NCBI GenBank assembly: GCA_044892525.1
Contig: CM097885.1
Coordinates: 41,170,001 to 41,234,000 of the forward strand
Length of the DNA: 64,000 nt
Source of the DNA: Schmidtea polychroa
Taxonomy: Eukaryota
Reading direction: 5' to 3'
Part shown: one piece after another, positions 1 through 14,474 of the stretch
Numbering within the stretch: the stretch's first letter is position 1
Layout: each line of letters begins with the position of its first letter
Translations under genes and position numbers: made by a program
The notes under the pieces: model-generated
Seen by the model: only the letters and a program-made list of their open reading frames with translations
What the model was told of the DNA's origin: nothing
Database searches by the model: none

Positions 1-1331
1 TAATGTCACCTAGCTAATTCAATGTCCCTTCTGGCTATGACACACATACATTTATTATAAGTAAGTTAATATTTATATTATTAAATATGGAAATCAATGG
101 CCATTTGATGATAATCAGTTGCCGGCCGGTATTGTTTATGAATTGACTTCTCTCTAAATTAATATTATTTGAAATTTAAGAACATATAAATTTATTCGTG
201 TTTGGATTATAATCATAAGTCTGATGCAATTGGAAAGCTCAACAATTTATCAATCCATGAAAATATTTCATTGAATTCGAAATCTTCCACGTGGGAGTTT
301 TGGCAGTATGTTTTATTTGCCATGTAGAACCATTCGATGAAAACAGTTATTAAAAATGCTGAGGTGACCAACAATAAACTAATGAATGTTCTACTCAACT
401 CACAGACAAGCTGCAATATCAAATCGAATGACTCAATATTATTTCCACTTCATTCATCTGTTAAAAATAGAACCGTTACCTATTCGAGTGAGAAAATAAG
501 ATAAACATTTTCATGTAAAGATTGTCATTATGTGACATCTCAATCTTTGGGCAAACAAACTGTTATTAGAACTCTCTAAAACACCATGAATCAAATGATA
601 TTTACATAGGAAATAGAAATATTGACATATTAAAATTCCCAGCGTATTTTTCGATCTAAATATAAAGAAAAGTGTGTGGGAAATATTAGCATAACATATA
701 TTGTTGAATAATTCTGAGATCGTTTAGCACCAGATTTATGGAAAAAATGTCATACCTATTCTGTTGAACCCCACCATATTGACGAATACATTAAAATGCA
801 ATTTTTTAGAAAAATTAATTAATAAAAAAAATTTCATTTTACAAAAATAATTTAAAATAAAATATTCATTAACATATTTTATAATTTATTTCATTTTGAA
901 AATTTTGAAATGGTCAAATTGACGGGTTTAGTATATTTTAAGTTAAATAGTACTTGAAAATTTGCCATAAATAAAAATCACAAATCTATAGTTGAAAACT
1001 CAATGAAGATAAATGAAATTGTAAATTAACTAAAGAAAAAGATAAAAGATTAGACTGAAATTTCTTTGTGTTGATTTATGTAAAAGGCCAAGATGTAATA
1101 CCCACCATAGGGACTAACAAAAAACATGTTTTTTTTGGTTTATTACAAATTATTCCTCAATATTTCAATTTTAGTAAGATATTTTAACCAAATTAAAAAA
1201 TAACACTTTTAAAATTTTAAATATAAACTCAATATTAAAAACAAATCCAGCTTTAAAAATTTTATTGAATAAATAAAAAAATATTTTCACCAATAATTTC
1301 TTTTCAATTGCGAAGATTGTTTGAATTGCCA

Positions 1332-1594
1332 TCAGGAACCAGTATAGTCAGAATGAGTGATATGAAATAGATTATTCGGATTGGGAATATTAATTTCCTG
1401 ACAATTTGAGCAGCAAACTGTGGACGGATTAAGGCTGGTTAGAAGTTGATTGAATGACTGGCTGTTGTCTGTCAATGATTCGAGTCCAAGACTGATCATG
1501 GCCGGTTGTAAGCATCCACACTGATTGTAGCTTACACTTGGCAGAAGGGTATAACAACACATTTGGGGGTTTAATTGTTTTAAAATTTGATTTG
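1332..1594 (-). CDS. Protocadherin exon 4 (terminal coding exon)
   Basis: Acceptor ttctatttttag|CA. Phase 1 from exon 3 gives ANQILKQLNPQ, in frame with the ORF MCCYTLL...HSDYTGS*. Confidence 0.7.
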
Positions 1595-3039
1595 CTAAAA
1601 ATAGAAATTTTTATCATATGTTTATATATGAATCACTTGAAAAATTATGTGCTGAAAATTTATGAATATCAAAAAAAACATCGATATCTTTACAGATTCA
1701 TAGTCAAATTTTTTTAATAAATACAATGTCAATTAAAAAGAAATATTGGATTTTGTGTAAATGTGGTCTTAAACACTGGATAATAACCAATGGTACATCA
1801 TATACACCTTGGCCTTGCTCATATTTGCTAGCCTAAGGTACCTCATGTGAATTGTAATTCTGTTAACTGTTATTTTATGGTGATATAATATGTGTACTAC
1901 GTTTTCGTCTATCATTATTAACTAATAACACAAACCATAGGACTTTTGAGGATGGGATCGAGGGTCGAATGTCTGATACAAGTGTGAAAACCTCGCGGCT
2001 TGTGTATTTTAAAATATATAAAAACATGACTTGGGAAGAGTAAATATTAGAATTTCAGAAGATTATGTGAAAAAAAAATAATTAAATATCTTTAAATTTA
2101 TTTTAATTAATATCAGATTCAATTAGGGAATTTAATTAAAAGTAACAAGATTTGCAATTTTTAAAGTTTTTTTCATTTATCTTATTATCTGAAATTAATG
2201 AAACCAGTGTTCAAATTTATTAAAATTTGTATTATTCACATTTAGTACGTACAATTTTGACAATCTATATTTTATCACCTACTTTGAAAAGTATCTCAAT
2301 GTGTATTAAATATATAAAGACGAAAGTTAATGAGTCTTTCCGCCCATCAATTATCATATAAAGTATATAGTAGATTGAAAGCATTTTCACGTTATATAGA
2401 GGGCTAGAATGATAAATATTGACAACAAAGTATAAGGTATACACTATTACTATTTCCTGCAGGATTTACTGTATTTTTCTGACACTGTTAGAACTCATTT
2501 AATTGTATTCAATACTAAGTCTTACGTAGACATTCCAGAAGTTCCTTAAACATTACATATCCCCGACAGACTGTTTATGACTTATTATCATCCGTTACTC
2601 AAAAGGATAAGCGCTGCATTGCTTACATTATTATGACGGTCCCCAGAGCATATAAAATAGAATTTTATCTTGGATAAAATTATTTAAGCGTTTTTTTAGA
2701 CAATTATTATCATAAACAGTTCTCTGGTTTGTCTGACGTGAAATAATATTTATTAAGAAATTATTGCGCCTGTTCATTTGTCAAAGGTAATTCAAACTTT
2801 TATTCCGTAACATCACATATCAGCCCCTAAATGGCTTCTGAGTTAAGAAATTAAGAAAAGTAAAAGAAAAACATACGGAAAATTAAAAAATTAAATTTTG
2901 TAGTTTAAAATTATTTTTAAAAATATTTTTGAAAATTTTCAGAAAGTTTGGTTTCGTTAATTTGAATTTCATAATTTATTTAATAATAATGTATTTGCTA
3001 TAAAAAGGCTCAAAACGAATTTTTAAAAGAACATTAAAA

Positions 3040-3513
3040 AGAACATTTTAAAGAACCTTGAAGAAATGAGCATATTTGAACAATAAGGTTTGCTAGGAAA
3101 ATATATTTAATAAATATATGATTTAGTTTTAACTATTCGCCCAACCAGTGTTGAGCCTGAAGGAGCTTTTGATGATGCTGGTGCAATTTTAAATAAGTTG
3201 CGATGCAAAATGAATGACAAAATTTTGGATGCTCTCTTTTTTTAAAAGGAGGCAAAAAACAAACAAATTAACCAAATAAATTTAAAATATAATATTGATT
3301 GAATTAATTGTGCTTTTTATTTTCCTTTACATTATTTTTATTTAACTTAATGGATTTATGTTTTAAATGAATAATTCTAAAGAAAAGTGAAAACCAAAAT
3401 AATTTCTTTGAATACCGGTTTGAATACCGGTATCCTGGTAATGTTATTTTTTAATACCGAAATGCAGGTTTTGGTTTTTCCTCACTGAGGAATCCTCAGG
3501 TATTGAATTCATT
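3040..3513 (+). mobile_element. hAT transposon 3' remnant (dimerization domain and end)
   Basis: Manual translation LTIRPTSVEPEGAFDDAGAILNKLRCKMNDKILDALFF matches the hAT C-terminal PxTSxxxERxFSxAG pattern. Subterminal aataccggt repeats lie at about 3412-3431. Confidence 0.65.
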
Positions 3514-3536
3514 ACTTATAATCGAACATTTTCACA

Positions 3537-3579
3537 TTTATTATTATTACTATTATTACTATTATTACTATTATTATTA

Positions 3580-3619
<40 letters not shown>

Positions 3620-3626
3620 TTTATTA

Positions 3627-3707
<81 letters not shown>
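3537..3707. repeat. (TTA)n microsatellite
   Basis: Directly visible. Confidence 0.95.
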
Positions 3708-3708
<1 letters not shown>

Positions 3709-4089
3709 GTAAAAAAAATTCTCAAATAACTGAAAAATCTTCAGAAAGAAATCGCTGAATTCCAAAAGAAAAAAGGAAATTCATAATTTTTTCTAGCATC
3801 AAAATAAACAAATTTAAAGCTGTCTATTGTTTCATACTTAACAGAATAATATTTTCTTTACATACTTAAAAAGTTTTTTAATATTTAATTAGTAAATAAA
3901 AATATTACTAATAAATAAATAATGAACGAAAAATATTGGTTGACTAAATTAATGAATATGTCACATTAAATGAAAGTGAATATATATTGGTGAATATTAA
4001 AGGTACATAGACTGTTATGTATGTCACTCCGATTAATATATCATCCTCATTCTCCACTCCACCCCCCAACAAAATTTTAATTAAATCAC

Positions 4090-4207
4090 CTCTATCAGAA
4101 TTGTATTGGTTTTCATCACTTGCCCCATGGCCAGAATCGGTACTGGAACATTCTAATTCATGACAGACAACCGGAGATTTGACGAGTCCACTTGGATTTG
4201 AGGTATT
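4090..4207 (-). CDS. Protocadherin exon 3: cytoplasmic segment with DSGHGASD motif
   Basis: Acceptor gaatttcag|AAT (phase 0), donor AGAG|GTGATT (phase 1). SSTDSGHGASDE resembles the delta-protocadherin CM1 motif. Confidence 0.8.
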
Positions 4208-4796
4208 CTGAAATTCAATATATTTTGACATATTTATCATTAATTATTATTTATTTATATTTTTTCATTATAATCATAAGTCAATATATAATCATTTTTA
4301 TTGATGTAATAAAAACATGATAAAATTATTATTGAGTTTGTTTAAATGCAATTTAATAGATAAATAAATTTTATTTAAATGTTGCTAATAAACAGGAAAT
4401 CTTTGACTGTTCCTTAATTATTGACTCTAGAATGCTCAATCCATACTCTCACTTACAGAGTACTTCCTCTGAAAATATTCAGCCATTTACGTAAGCTCTA
4501 TAAATCATCATTTGGATCTCATAGATTTTATTTGAATTTATTGATTTTTCTAAACGGAAATGAGACACGATTAAAATATTATTTAGACTTATTTCCTCAT
4601 AAGAAAATTAATAAATTTAATTGAAATTTCCCCCAAAAATAAATTCTTGAAATCTTCAATTAAGTGACAATGAGAAAAATACGACTCCTTTAATAAAATG
4701 CGTCTATCCTGAAATTTGTCCTATTTTTACGTAATTAATTATTTTTACTTCAAATGAAAACTTTCAAAATAATTATTTATTTTGACAGAAAGAACA

Positions 4797-5074
<278 letters not shown>

Positions 5075-7009
5075 TTGTTTGGGTTATAAAATAATTAAAA
5101 TTAAAATTGAAATATATTTTTAATTAAAAGGAAGAGAGATGTGTAAGACTGGTCAAGGAGAGAATTGACAATGCAAAGAAATAAAAATGGTAGAAAGGCT
5201 CGAGAAGGTTCATCAATATATTTGAAAAGCACAAAAAAGGTTAATTGAGAAAAATCGATAAAAGATTCATAAATTCGAATTAAAGTCTGAAAAATTTTTC
5301 ATGGGGGTAACAGAAAGTGGGGAATAACATGGCAATAATGGAATTTTATGAAAGTGTTAGGATGAGTGCAAAAAGATGCGTAAAGGATGAAAAACAAGAA
5401 AATTCAATTAATTAATTAAAAACAAGAAAATTAAATTAATTAATTAGCTAGTAGAAAGAAATCCCGAGTTGGGTAAACAAAGAGAAAAGTAAACAGAAGG
5501 AAGATTTGGACCCATTATGGTGTCAACATGATTAATGGGACCAAGAAAAAGATATAGCGTGCAGAAAAGAAAAATTATTAAAAAAAGAAAAGAAAATTTT
5601 TAAATATATTTTTCTTATTTCTTATTTTATTATATTTTTCTATATATTATATTAAAATTCGTTAAAAATAGAATGCTTTCATTTGCACGAAATAAAGTGT
5701 AAATAGTCATTAAATTTATTATTAAATTATTTTATTTAAATTTTTTCTCAATAGTTTTTTCTTAATTCTCACTTTAAACTCAATAGGAAAAATCAGAAAA
5801 ATAAAAAACAGAACGTTTACTGGCTAACATTAAAATTTTCATTTGAAATTTATTTGTTTGTCTAAATAATGATACATTTGTTGATAAACTCAATAATGGT
5901 AAACTGGATTCCTGTCAAACATCGGAAATAAATCCCATAATTCTGGATAAATATTTACTACGGTACTTTTACAAGAACATGTGGAATGTTTATTTTTAAT
6001 CGATTTTATTTAAATTATAAAAATATCTTGAATATTGATTTATCACATTATTATTGAGTAAAATTTAATTTATATTTGAGTTCATATCGACTAAATAATT
6101 AATCATACGCAATGTTATTACGTCCATTTCACCAATACTGTGCCCAATCTCTGAAGGATGCGAGCCAATGCCAAATTATGAATTCCAATGGAACCTAGAG
6201 TAGTTAAGACTTCCTACATACTCAATTAAAATGTAAGCTATGAAATGATTGATGATTAAAGGCTGGTAAAATCTTATCTCAAAAGACTCTCATATATCTT
6301 GGACGGTAGGGGAAAATAAAATGTTGTTTAATATTGTAGAAAATATTACAAACATTTCGAAAAGCTAAATATTTCCATTAGATTTAGGAAATGATTGTAA
6401 AAAGAGCTTTTCCTCTTTGTGGACTTATTGGTAAAACAAAGGATTCCCAGGATTTTTGGAAATTTGCATCTAAAGGATGTAATTAGATTTATGTTTAAGA
6501 ATTTACAAAAAATATTTTGGTAAAAATTTTATTTCTATACATTTAATAATTTGATGTTAGCGGGAAAACCATCCCTCTAGTGGGGGAAAAGTAGTTTACT
6601 CAACTTTTAGCTGATATGAGGTAGTAAAATTGTGTGTGTAACATTGAGTAATCCTCTGTATGTGTATGTTTTTCCCTGACAAAATTTGTTTTTTGAAAAT
6701 TCTGTGTTTAAATTTTTAATGATTTTTATATATGTTCTGTTTTAAATTTTTGTTGTCGGGAATTTTTATGTATGTTTGTGTGAATTTGTTTTATTTTAAT
6801 TGGGGTTATCGAAAATGTTTTGTATGTGTAAAGTTTTTTAAAATAAAATTTTTGTTTAGATGTTAGCATTTCAATTTTATAAAAAGTTTTCGGTGAATTT
6901 TAAAATTTTTTTTATATATGATATTTAAAAGATTTCTTTTACTTTTGGTTTGAAATTTTTATAATGTGCATAAATTTATTTTAGTCACCAAACATTTTTT
7001 ACAGGGTTA

Positions 7010-7112
7010 TTCAACAATATATTTAAAATTATCCAACAATATATTTAAAATTATCCAACAATATATTTAAAATTATTTAAAAATATATTTAAAATTATCC
7101 AACAATATATTT
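7010..7112. repeat. Short tandem repeat, 22-bp unit (caacaatatatttaaaattatc), with an inverted copy near 7460-7497
   Basis: About four units are visible. Confidence 0.75.
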
Positions 7113-7714
7113 CTCGTCACTCATATTATCATAAATTTTTTTAATGATATTATATGCACAGTGCAAGGTAATTTTCTAGCTTTCAGCGATTTCTTTTACA
7201 GAAATATTCTTCTCTAAATATTTTCTTATGCTCTTAAGCATGTCAAGAGTTATGGTGCTTCGCTTTTTTCTGGCATTCGGTGCGAAATTTTCCTTTAAAT
7301 CGTTTTCAAAAAAATCGTATTCGTCACTAAACATGGATACAAAAAATAATTTTTAAATCCTATAAAATAAATAATTTATTTCTTAGATATCGATTTTTAA
7401 TTATATGGCTGACAAAGGGTTTTTTAAAGGTAATAAAAATATTTCTTTACTATTTTAAAAATTTTAAATATATTGTTAGATAATTTTAAATATATTTTAG
7501 AATAAAAAAAATTTTCCTACCTTTTTACAAATATTTTAAAGTTTTCGGACATACAGGGATACGTCTGAAATTCTTAGCGACATTCTAGAGTTAATAATAT
7601 AAAGTGAAGAATGACATATTTAAAATCTTTTTCGATTAGTAAAAACTTTAAATTTTACATGTAGTTACCAAAACCATTTTAATTAACATAATTTTTAATT
7701 AAGACAGGGAGAAT

Positions 7715-7991
7715 TGTAAATTTTATTAATCAGCCATTTTTTCTATTATTTTTTATAATTTTGGTGAATGTAATATTTAGCTTTCTTCTCTAATCTTCAC
7801 TTATCAATAGATAAATTTGCGGTATGTTTAGGATTAAAACCTTTGATTAATTGTATAAAATTCCGGCGAAATTTGTTTGTTTTATGATAATATATAATTT
7901 CACTTGTAATGAATAATGCTCTTTTTCTATAGGTTTTTATTCTATTATTTTCTGAACGAGTAATATTTTATCAATTATAATACTCCGTTCC
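7715..7991. repeat. Dispersed repeat, left arm of an inverted pair (partner 11032-11295)
   Basis: For example aaatttgcggtatgtttaggattaaaacctttgattaattg here and its exact reverse complement near 11158-11198. Confidence 0.85.
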
Positions 7992-7992
7992 T

Positions 7993-9610
7993 TTATGATT
8001 CCATTATGATGTTTTCTGTGTGAGTTTTGAATTCATCTTTTGAAAGTTTCAACATTTCCACTGGGTGAAGTGAAAATAGACTAAAATTGATTTTGTTATT
8101 GTCATTGAATCTGGTCTCCAACGATGAGATGATTGAATCCAAGTATGGTATAAAGACAGATTTTTGAAAGTATTCTTCAGCAGTTGAACCACCATTATTT
8201 GAACGTTGTGTTTGTCTCTTACATTGTCTGGGAATTGTCAACTGGTGTTTAATTGTTCTGCCAATTTCTCACTATGAGAAATAATGGTCTTAAAAACTCT
8301 TCGGCATTTTGTCTGTGAGTGTGGAAGATTTTTACGAGCTCTTGGACGTGTCAAAAACTTTCAGAATGTTTAATTGTGTTAATTGTGCAACTGACTCTAA
8401 TTTTGATGAGTAGTAAGTGATAATTTGAAGACAAATAAGAAAACTTGTTGTACTTGAAGCACACTGTAACTGATGGGCATTCTGTGGTGTTTTACCATTT
8501 GCTCCAATGATTAGTGAACTCAGCTGATCAAAATTGTCTTCAAAACATGCAGTAAAAAGTCTGATGCTTTTGTATTTTGCAGACTAACGTGTTTCACAAA
8601 GCAATGGAACATTTGGAATCAGACTTCTTATCTTTGGGCTTTCTCGAAAAATTCTAATCATGCTCTTAATTGTTTCAATTGTATTCCTAACATCTGGTAC
8701 AGCATTGAGATCATTGATCACAAGATTAAGTTGATGTGATGCACAATGCACAAAAACAGCTTTAGGGTATTTGTTCCTAATTTCTGCCTGAACGCCACCT
8801 TCTTTGCCAGTCATTGTTGAGCAGTCATCATAGCCTTGACCATACATTTTGTCAAGGTTTAATCCAAACCTTGTGCATGGATTAATGATTTTATCAGCTA
8901 TGGATGTAGCATCAAAATGATCCTAACAATTTCTGTGCTGCTAGAATTTACAAAACGAACTCCTATGGAAATTTTTTCTTTTCCACATATGTCAGCACTC
9001 TCATCTCAAATGATTGAAAATCCAATGGATTTATTGGCCATTGAAACAATTTCTTCCCTTATGGCTTCTTCAGTCAACTTGATTAGCTCATGTTCTACGC
9101 GCACAGATATGTATTTTGCATTGGCTGGTGAAGTTTCCTAATGATTTTTGAGTACTTCATCTCCAGCTTCAATCCTGAAATCGTAGAGGCTTTGCATATT
9201 TGCACTTGTTTTTCCTCTAAGTGCTATGTCAGTTGCCCCACAGAACAAAATACTTGATAAAATCGGATCCAATTTCTTTCCTATTTTCTTCTACTTGGCG
9301 CTTTATGGCACTGTCCACTGACTGGCTTTTCCCTTAATTGTAAGAACTTTGCAGCACAGGCCAGTACATTTTTATGCCACGCACTTGATTGATGACTTTT
9401 GGCACTTTCATGAAAATCTTTGTGTATTTTGAAAAATGCCCTGTGATGAATGCACCTTGAAAACCACGATTTACTGCTCCTTTTAAACGAACTGAATAAC
9501 TCAGCCAGAGTGAGACTGACTTAACCAAGCATAGCGGAACAAATAATCGAAAAATAGAATGGTTTGGGAATCCAGTGCCCACCTTGCCCCCCCCCTTGCG
9601 GACGCCCATG
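7993..9610 (-). pseudogene. Degenerate hAT (Tip100/ZMYM1-like) transposase with GC-rich 5' end
   Basis: Fragments GQGYDDCSTMTGKEGGVQ, VHCASHQLNLV, LCETR*, EEYFQKSVFIPYLDSIISSLETRF, and a DESAD-like motif near 8990-9010. Terminus CATGGGCGTCCGCAAGGGGGGGGGCAAGG at 9610. Confidence 0.85.
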
Positions 9611-9859
9611 AGCACCTGTTAATATAAATGTGTTGGGAAATCGTAAAGCACTTACATTACCGAAAAATATCAATTACCGAGAAAAGAAAAAAAGCCTTTA
9701 AAAATATTTACTGACGTAAGACGAATTTTTTGTTTTGTTAATTTTATTACAAATTTTTATGTAACTTTGAAATTTTTCATCTATTCTAGTCTCTAGAAGT
9801 ATGTCTTTACATTAAAAATACATTTCTTGCTCTAATACTTGTAAAATTGCTTATAATAT

Positions 9860-10530
9860 TTCCGTAATCTAATGTTTTTTCTAACTCAATAGATAGGATA
9901 GCTAGAGCAGTAAGTTTTTCCTGTGTCATAAAGGTATGTTTTTATTAATTTTAACTTTGAAAAGCTTCTTTCACAAGTTGCCACACTGACTGAAATAGTT
10001 AACAAAATGCGGATTGCAAAATCTGTGTTTGGAAAAAGTTCCAAGCATTGGTTTGATTTTAAAAATATAAAAACTTGCAAGGCCATATTTTTCTCAGCCA
10101 ACATAAATTCATCACACAATTCATATCCACCCACATCGCAACTGTTGCCTAAAGTGAGTAGGACGTGTAAGTCTTAATAGTTTTTCAAAATCTTTTCACG
10201 TGATAATTTCTGTAATCCTTTAATGTCATACACCAAATGAAAGTTCCCACTGTGCTCTTGCATTTGCGCAAAGTATTCTGCAATATAATTAATAGCCGTT
10301 AACAGACGTTAAAACTTTCAATCCGATAGCAAGTTTCAGGATCTTGAATTGGATCATCTCTCGATTCATAGTTAAATAATCTCGTCTTGCAATTAATTCT
10401 AATTTCTACATATACACTTTCTGCAAGCTCTGTTGCTGTTATTTTTGTTTCTTCAAATCCTGTTTTTCTGTTACGTTTAAAAAGACTGGTTTCTTCCATA
10501 AGTTATACAACAGCGGATAGTTCAAATTTA
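9860..10530 (-). pseudogene. Second hAT transposase 3' remnant
   Basis: FPNTDFAIRILLTISVSVATCERSFSKLKLIKTYL (hAT dimerization domain), and TRLFNYESRDDPIQDPETCYRIESF. Confidence 0.85.
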
Positions 10531-11031
10531 GCTTTAAAAGAATAGTATATAGATTAAATACAATACATACAGGAACAAAATAAATAAAAAAAAACAAAAC
10601 ATTTTAGAACAACATTTTAAACAAAAGTTTATACATAACTATATTTTGTTAACATTTCTGAGAATTTAAGTGTTGTAATATTAAAACAATTAATATAAAT
10701 GGGTCTAGTCTGACGTATAGGAGTATGTCCTAAAACTTTGAATAAGATTTATTACTAAATTACAGCCAAAAGTTTAATAAAACAGTTTATTTCATGTTTG
10801 GGGGGGGGGGTGATCTTTGTTTTATTACATTTGTTTTAATCATTTTTTTCTAAATATTTCTTAAAATATTAAATAAGAATATTATCATGTTTGTTAATGT
10901 TATTTACGAAACAATATTTACAAATTTTATTAAAACAAGTTCTAATCTAAAAAGCTACAGATAAAATGATTTAATCAAATGACCTATAATTTAAAAAAAA
11001 GAAAAATTTCATTTAAAATTCTTTTTTGTTG

Positions 11032-11295
11032 GGAACGGAGTGTCATAATTGATAAAATATTACTCGTTCAGAAAATAATTGTATAAAAACCTATAGAAAA
11101 AATGCAAGTGAAATAATATATTATTATAAAATAAACAAATTTCCCAGCATTTTCATGCAATTAATCAAAGGTTTTAATCCTAAACATACCGCAAATTTGT
11201 CTTTTCATAAGTGAGGATTAGAGAACAAAGCTAAATATTACATTCACCGAACATATAAAAGATAAAAGAAAAAAATGTTGATTAATAAAATTTAT
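11032..11295. repeat. Dispersed repeat, right arm of an inverted pair (partner 7715-7991)
   Basis: Reverse-complement similarity over about 270 bp. Confidence 0.85.
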
Positions 11296-11624
11296 ATAGT
11301 TCTTTATATATTTTATAAAAATTTCATAATTATTTAATAAATTTTATGACGTAAATTAAAACAAATAATTATATTTGAATTTATTCTCTTCAATTGCTCT
11401 AGAAAGTATGCTTGATACTTAAAGAGGTATTCTAGGTCTGTTATGGGACCAAATGGAGTTAAATAAAATAATGATTATTTTTAAGTGTTTTCGAAATTAA
11501 ATATTTTATAATAATAAAAAAAAACTATCAACGTCGTAATGCATTTTATCCATCATTATATTTAGTATATATCTATAATTTAATAAAAAACCATCATATA
11601 AAAAGTAATGAAAAGAAATTATAC

Positions 11625-12011
11625 TTGATCTAAAAATCTCTCATCTAGTTTAATGTGAGAAAGATGATTAGTTTCTGCAGATGCTTCGTTGTAAAACGGT
11701 TGGAAAACGTTTCCCGTAGCAAATTTCAGTTCAATGTCGTCTGAATCGTTGTTTTGGGGATAAAACTCTTTGATTTTCAGTTCAGATGTTTTTGAATACT
11801 CCATTAACGATTGATGTAGATGACATTTTGTTTTACACAAGTATCCCAATCCGAGAAGAATAGTGAGAGTCAACCCACTCACGAGGAAAATCGTAACGCC
11901 CATCATAGTTATGCTGATGGAAAATGTTTGTTTGCTTGTCACATTTGGATGAACGTTAATTAGTAGTTTCAATATGTTGGATTTTAATGGAGGAATGCCG
12001 TTGTCATTTGC
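11625..12011 (-). CDS. Protocadherin exon 2: end of EC7, transmembrane helix, juxtamembrane tail
   Basis: Acceptor ttctgtttcag|GCA gives ANDNGIPPLKSNILKLLINVHP, completing the cadherin repeat after ...ELKVQ. A hydrophobic stretch (ISITMMGVTIFLVSGLTLTILLGLGYLC) follows. Donor CAA|GTATAA; 387 nt, phase 0/0. Confidence 0.9.
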
Positions 12012-12562
12012 CTGAAACAGAAATAAATAACAATATTTTTAAGAAAAATAATAATAGAAATATCTGATTTTAAAATTTCTTTGAAAACTGTTAATAATCA
12101 TTGGTCATGTCACATATGACTCATGTGGAATACATGCGACTTTGTTGACAAAATCCTTCAATCCGACAATTAATGTACAAAATGCTGTGAACAGTTGTGT
12201 TTTGAATGTATTTAAATAGTTTGACTGATAAATTGAGTACATGTACATTGTTTATTAAGTTAAAAAATGAATTTTAAAATTTTATTGATTGGTAAAATTA
12301 AAAATAAAATTAAAATTTTTGTTAATAAAATATCAACTATATAAAATCTATAGTTTTTTCTATTCTGCCTGATGGTAACTTATATCCAACAAATATACAA
12401 TTTTTCATTTTTTGTCACATTCTGATACTGTCGTGTTTACAATGCTTCTTGCAAACTACTCGCCAATATTACTTCTACTCTTTTTACAATATACAAAATA
12501 CATATTTTTGTTACTTTGAATTCACTGAAATAAGTATTCAGGTCTCTAAATATTATAGATAT

Positions 12563-13395
12563 TGTTGGGAATTTCGATGAAATGTGAAATTTACAATTAT
12601 TTAAGTGACTACAAGTTTATATTGAACTATTAACAACAATGAATGGTTCTTAATGTTATTAATATTTATTCTATATTGATATGGCAATCGATTTGATTAA
12701 TGCAAACACATTTACACAAAACATTCATCCTTAAAAACTCAAACTTCGGAGGAAAAACATACGGTGAGCAATACCCACTTCTATTATCGATTGAACCTCC
12801 TCGATATAATTGTATCAAATGACTGGTTACTTCAACTCCTGTTTCCGTTTTCTATCTCTTGGTTAGACTTTTTTCCTACTGTCACCCCTTCAATTAATGA
12901 TAAATTCTGAGTTTACTTTTTCTTCACTTCTATAGTTTTCTCTAAATATTTCTTCTGTCCGACTTAATTTGTGTCTCTTTTTCATTTCACTGATACTTAC
13001 AGTTAATTTAATGGTGTTTTGATTTTTCTTCAAATTTACTTTCTAGTAATTTCTGACTATTTCCTTCATTATCTCAGACAACTGTAGAGATATTCCCACT
13101 TCTCACTTTACTCTGCCTTCTTCTATTACTCCGACAATTAATTTATCCGTTATTGCAGACTAGCTGTCAAAATATGAAAATCTGATTTCAATTTTGTCTT
13201 TTCATGTTTTTCACTTTTCAATGTTTATTTGTTTATTAAAAACGATTCTTTGCCATTTCATTTTCAATTTTCCAATTCTTTCTTGCATTCCTGCTTCTCA
13301 GAATTCTGAAACAACATACCCATAATTTCTATACCGTTTCCCTCCTTCTTTAATAACTTTAATTATTTAACTTTATTGTTTAGGTATCCTCAACA
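12563..13395. mobile_element. Solo LTR (TGTTG...CAACA) with 4-bp TSD ATAT
   Basis: ATAT at 12559-12562 and 13396-13399. The end tttaggtatcctcaaca is shared with the LTRs ending at 21262 and starting at 53957. Confidence 0.6.
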
Positions 13396-14022
13396 ATATT
13401 AATTGAAATATGGTGTCACTAGTGTCAAATAATGGAATTTTTATTTTTTGAATATCAATGCAATAATCAGTTGCATTTACATTTCTTTCTAGATTTTCAT
13501 ACATCTTTTTCTCATTCACAAATGAAGAAATATCTTCGCCATGGTAAATATGATTCATAAATTTATTTCTATTTTTTAACTTAATTATTCTTATCCGATA
13601 TATATATTGTCTTCTACTTTCATATTTTACATCTCATTTTACTGTTTCTCATATATAGAATAATTATGATTTTTTATTTATAATGCAAATATTTTTGCTG
13701 CTTTGATGTCGAAAGTTATTATTATTATTTTGATTATTATTTTTATTATCATTGCAAAATAAACACAATTTGTAACAATTTTAAAATTTTTTATTATTAT
13801 TATCCTCGGGTAAAACACATTATAGAATAATATCATATTTCTATGTATAATGTCTCGCATCCTTGGAAATTAACCTGGGGTAACATAAATGGTTGTAAAA
13901 AAACATTATTAAAATTTTGATTTTTTTTCATTTCTAAGATTAGCAAGAGTAATACAATTTCCGGTGGGAATAAAGTTATTTTTTGGTTTATTATTTATTG
14001 TAATTTTTTTAATTGTCAACTA

Positions 14023-14110
14023 CAGTCAAATTTGTGTATTAGCAATTTGTCTAATAGCAAAAGTCATCTAATATCAAATTTTTACTAAGCACCGGCAAAT
14101 TGAACATAGT
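14023..14110 (+). mobile_element. Possible pogo/Tigger-like transposon end
   Basis: TA+CAGTCAAA start with tagcaa subterminal repeats. No partner end found. Confidence 0.3.
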
Positions 14111-14474
14111 ATGCTTCATAATAACAAGAACTTCTTTATAATTAATATGAAATTGATTTTCTTATTAGCAAAATTAAGTAAGTGATTGCGCATGCAAAAT
14201 GATGTTAGCATCCATTTCCCCTTACCGCTTTACATATTCAATGGACGTTATGAATCAGCATACTCACAATTCCTGGCATCAACATGGCACCATTAGAACA
14301 TTGTGTTTATAATTGGTTGAGTGCAATTTTTTGTTTTTTTTATTTTATTCTTTTGATTGTAAGTTATTGATTATTATTTTATTATTGTTTTCATATTATC
14401 GTATTATTATGAGATTTCTATGAATTTTCATAAAATATTCATAAAATATCATATCTCTGATTTATTGTCTAAGC

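Noticed and set aside
130..800. Slightly GC-richer, coding-looking stretch
   Set aside because: Multiple stops and no motif I could recognise.
1429..1617. Alternative frame for the last protocadherin exon (…TTGHDQSW…, loosely CM2-like)
   Set aside because: It needs a phase-2 donor. The evident exon 3 donor is phase 1 and selects the 1332-ending frame.
5076..7016. Possible LTR with ATAT flanks (tgtttggg...ttcaaca)
   Set aside because: ATAT flanks are common by chance here, there is no second copy in the window, and internal composition is heterogeneous.
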